The translations under genes and the position numbers were made by a program. 64,000 nt of DNA from an uncultured delta proteobacterium (GTDB lineage: Bacteria > Myxococcota_A > Polyangia > Haliangiales > Haliangiaceae): NCBI GenBank assembly GCA_963848295.1, contig CAWKDB010000004.1:96001-160000 (forward strand), read 5' to 3'. The notes beneath the pieces are model-generated. The model was not told the origin of the DNA. It was given only the letters and a program-made list of their open reading frames with translations, and did no database searches. Positions 63,658 through 64,000 of this stretch are shown piece by piece. Numbering within the stretch: position 1 is the first letter of the stretch; every line of letters starts with the position of its first letter.

Positions 63658-64000
63658 TGCGGCCTCGCGATGTGGAACGTGACCGAGTCCGCGAGCGCGG
63701 CGGGCAATTGCGCGTCGTCGATCTCGGGCACGCAGTCTTGTTCGCGATCCGAGGTCGGCTCCGGCTGTTGGCCCGGCAAGATGTGCTCCTGCAGCACGCC
63801 GATCTCGCCGGTCAGGGTCCGCTCGCCCATCTGCATCCCGCCGCGTGGCAAGCCGTCGACGACGTTCGTGCATTCGGCCGGCCAGTCGACGAGCCGGTTC
63901 GCGTTGCGATCGTCCCAGCCGTTGAGCACGAGCTTGTTGAGCCGGCCGAGCAGGTCTTCGAGCTGCGGCTCGAGCGCCTCGTTGCCGGGCCGGGTCGCGA
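63654..64000 (-). CDS. C-terminal part of large uncharacterised protein (paralog of 46080-48395); 5' end outside window
   Basis: LVLNGWDDR...W P.EC..V.DGLPRGG.QM.ER.LTGE.G...PTSDR..DCVPEIDDAQLPAALADS.TFHIARP. Confidence 0.85.
   Translation of the reverse strand, partial: ATRPGNEALEPQLEDLLGRLNKLVLNGWDDRNANRLVDWPAECTNVVDGLPRGGMQMGERTLTGEIGVLQEHILPGQQPEPTSDREQDCVPEIDDAQLPAALADSVTFHIARPQ

Overview
High-GC bacterial chromosomal segment, most likely Myxococcota (MYXO-CTERM sorting tail, Myxococcus-type Cys-rich repeats, many lipoproteins); about 63 CDS. I recognised no rRNA, tRNA, CRISPR array or transposase. All family calls come from reading motifs by eye, not from database searches. Main contents: (1) a TetR-linked oxidoreductase operon with two operator-like palindromes, an RHH/HTH regulator followed by clpP, a VanX/DdpX-type peptidase, and MarR-isochorismatase-MFS. 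(2) A complete but unusually arranged ebo cluster (eboA,B,D,E,F on +, eboC inverted). It is interrupted by two secreted alpha-glucan-directed enzymes with sigma54-like promoters: a lipoprotein fusing a glucose/sorbosone-dehydrogenase propeller, two CxxCH hemes and a CBM20, and a GH31 with a MYXO-CTERM anchor. (3) NHL-repeat and PDZ surface proteins, M1 peptidase, LOG, RNase II/R, radical SAM plus MMPL, GDT1/VIT1 and type II glutamine synthetase. (4) A fluoride riboswitch-fluC-DUF190 unit. (5) A 44.5-55 kb block of secreted phosphoesterases and lipoproteins preceded by 11-bp-periodic Pho-box-like repeats. (6) An uncharacterised lipoprotein module present twice (45.6-48.4 kb and 61.2-64 kb); the second copy carries a beta-propeller/diheme cytochrome c gene between the two shared genes. 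Many genes have a TAnnnT hexamer 5-9 nt before the start codon, suggesting widespread leaderless transcripts.
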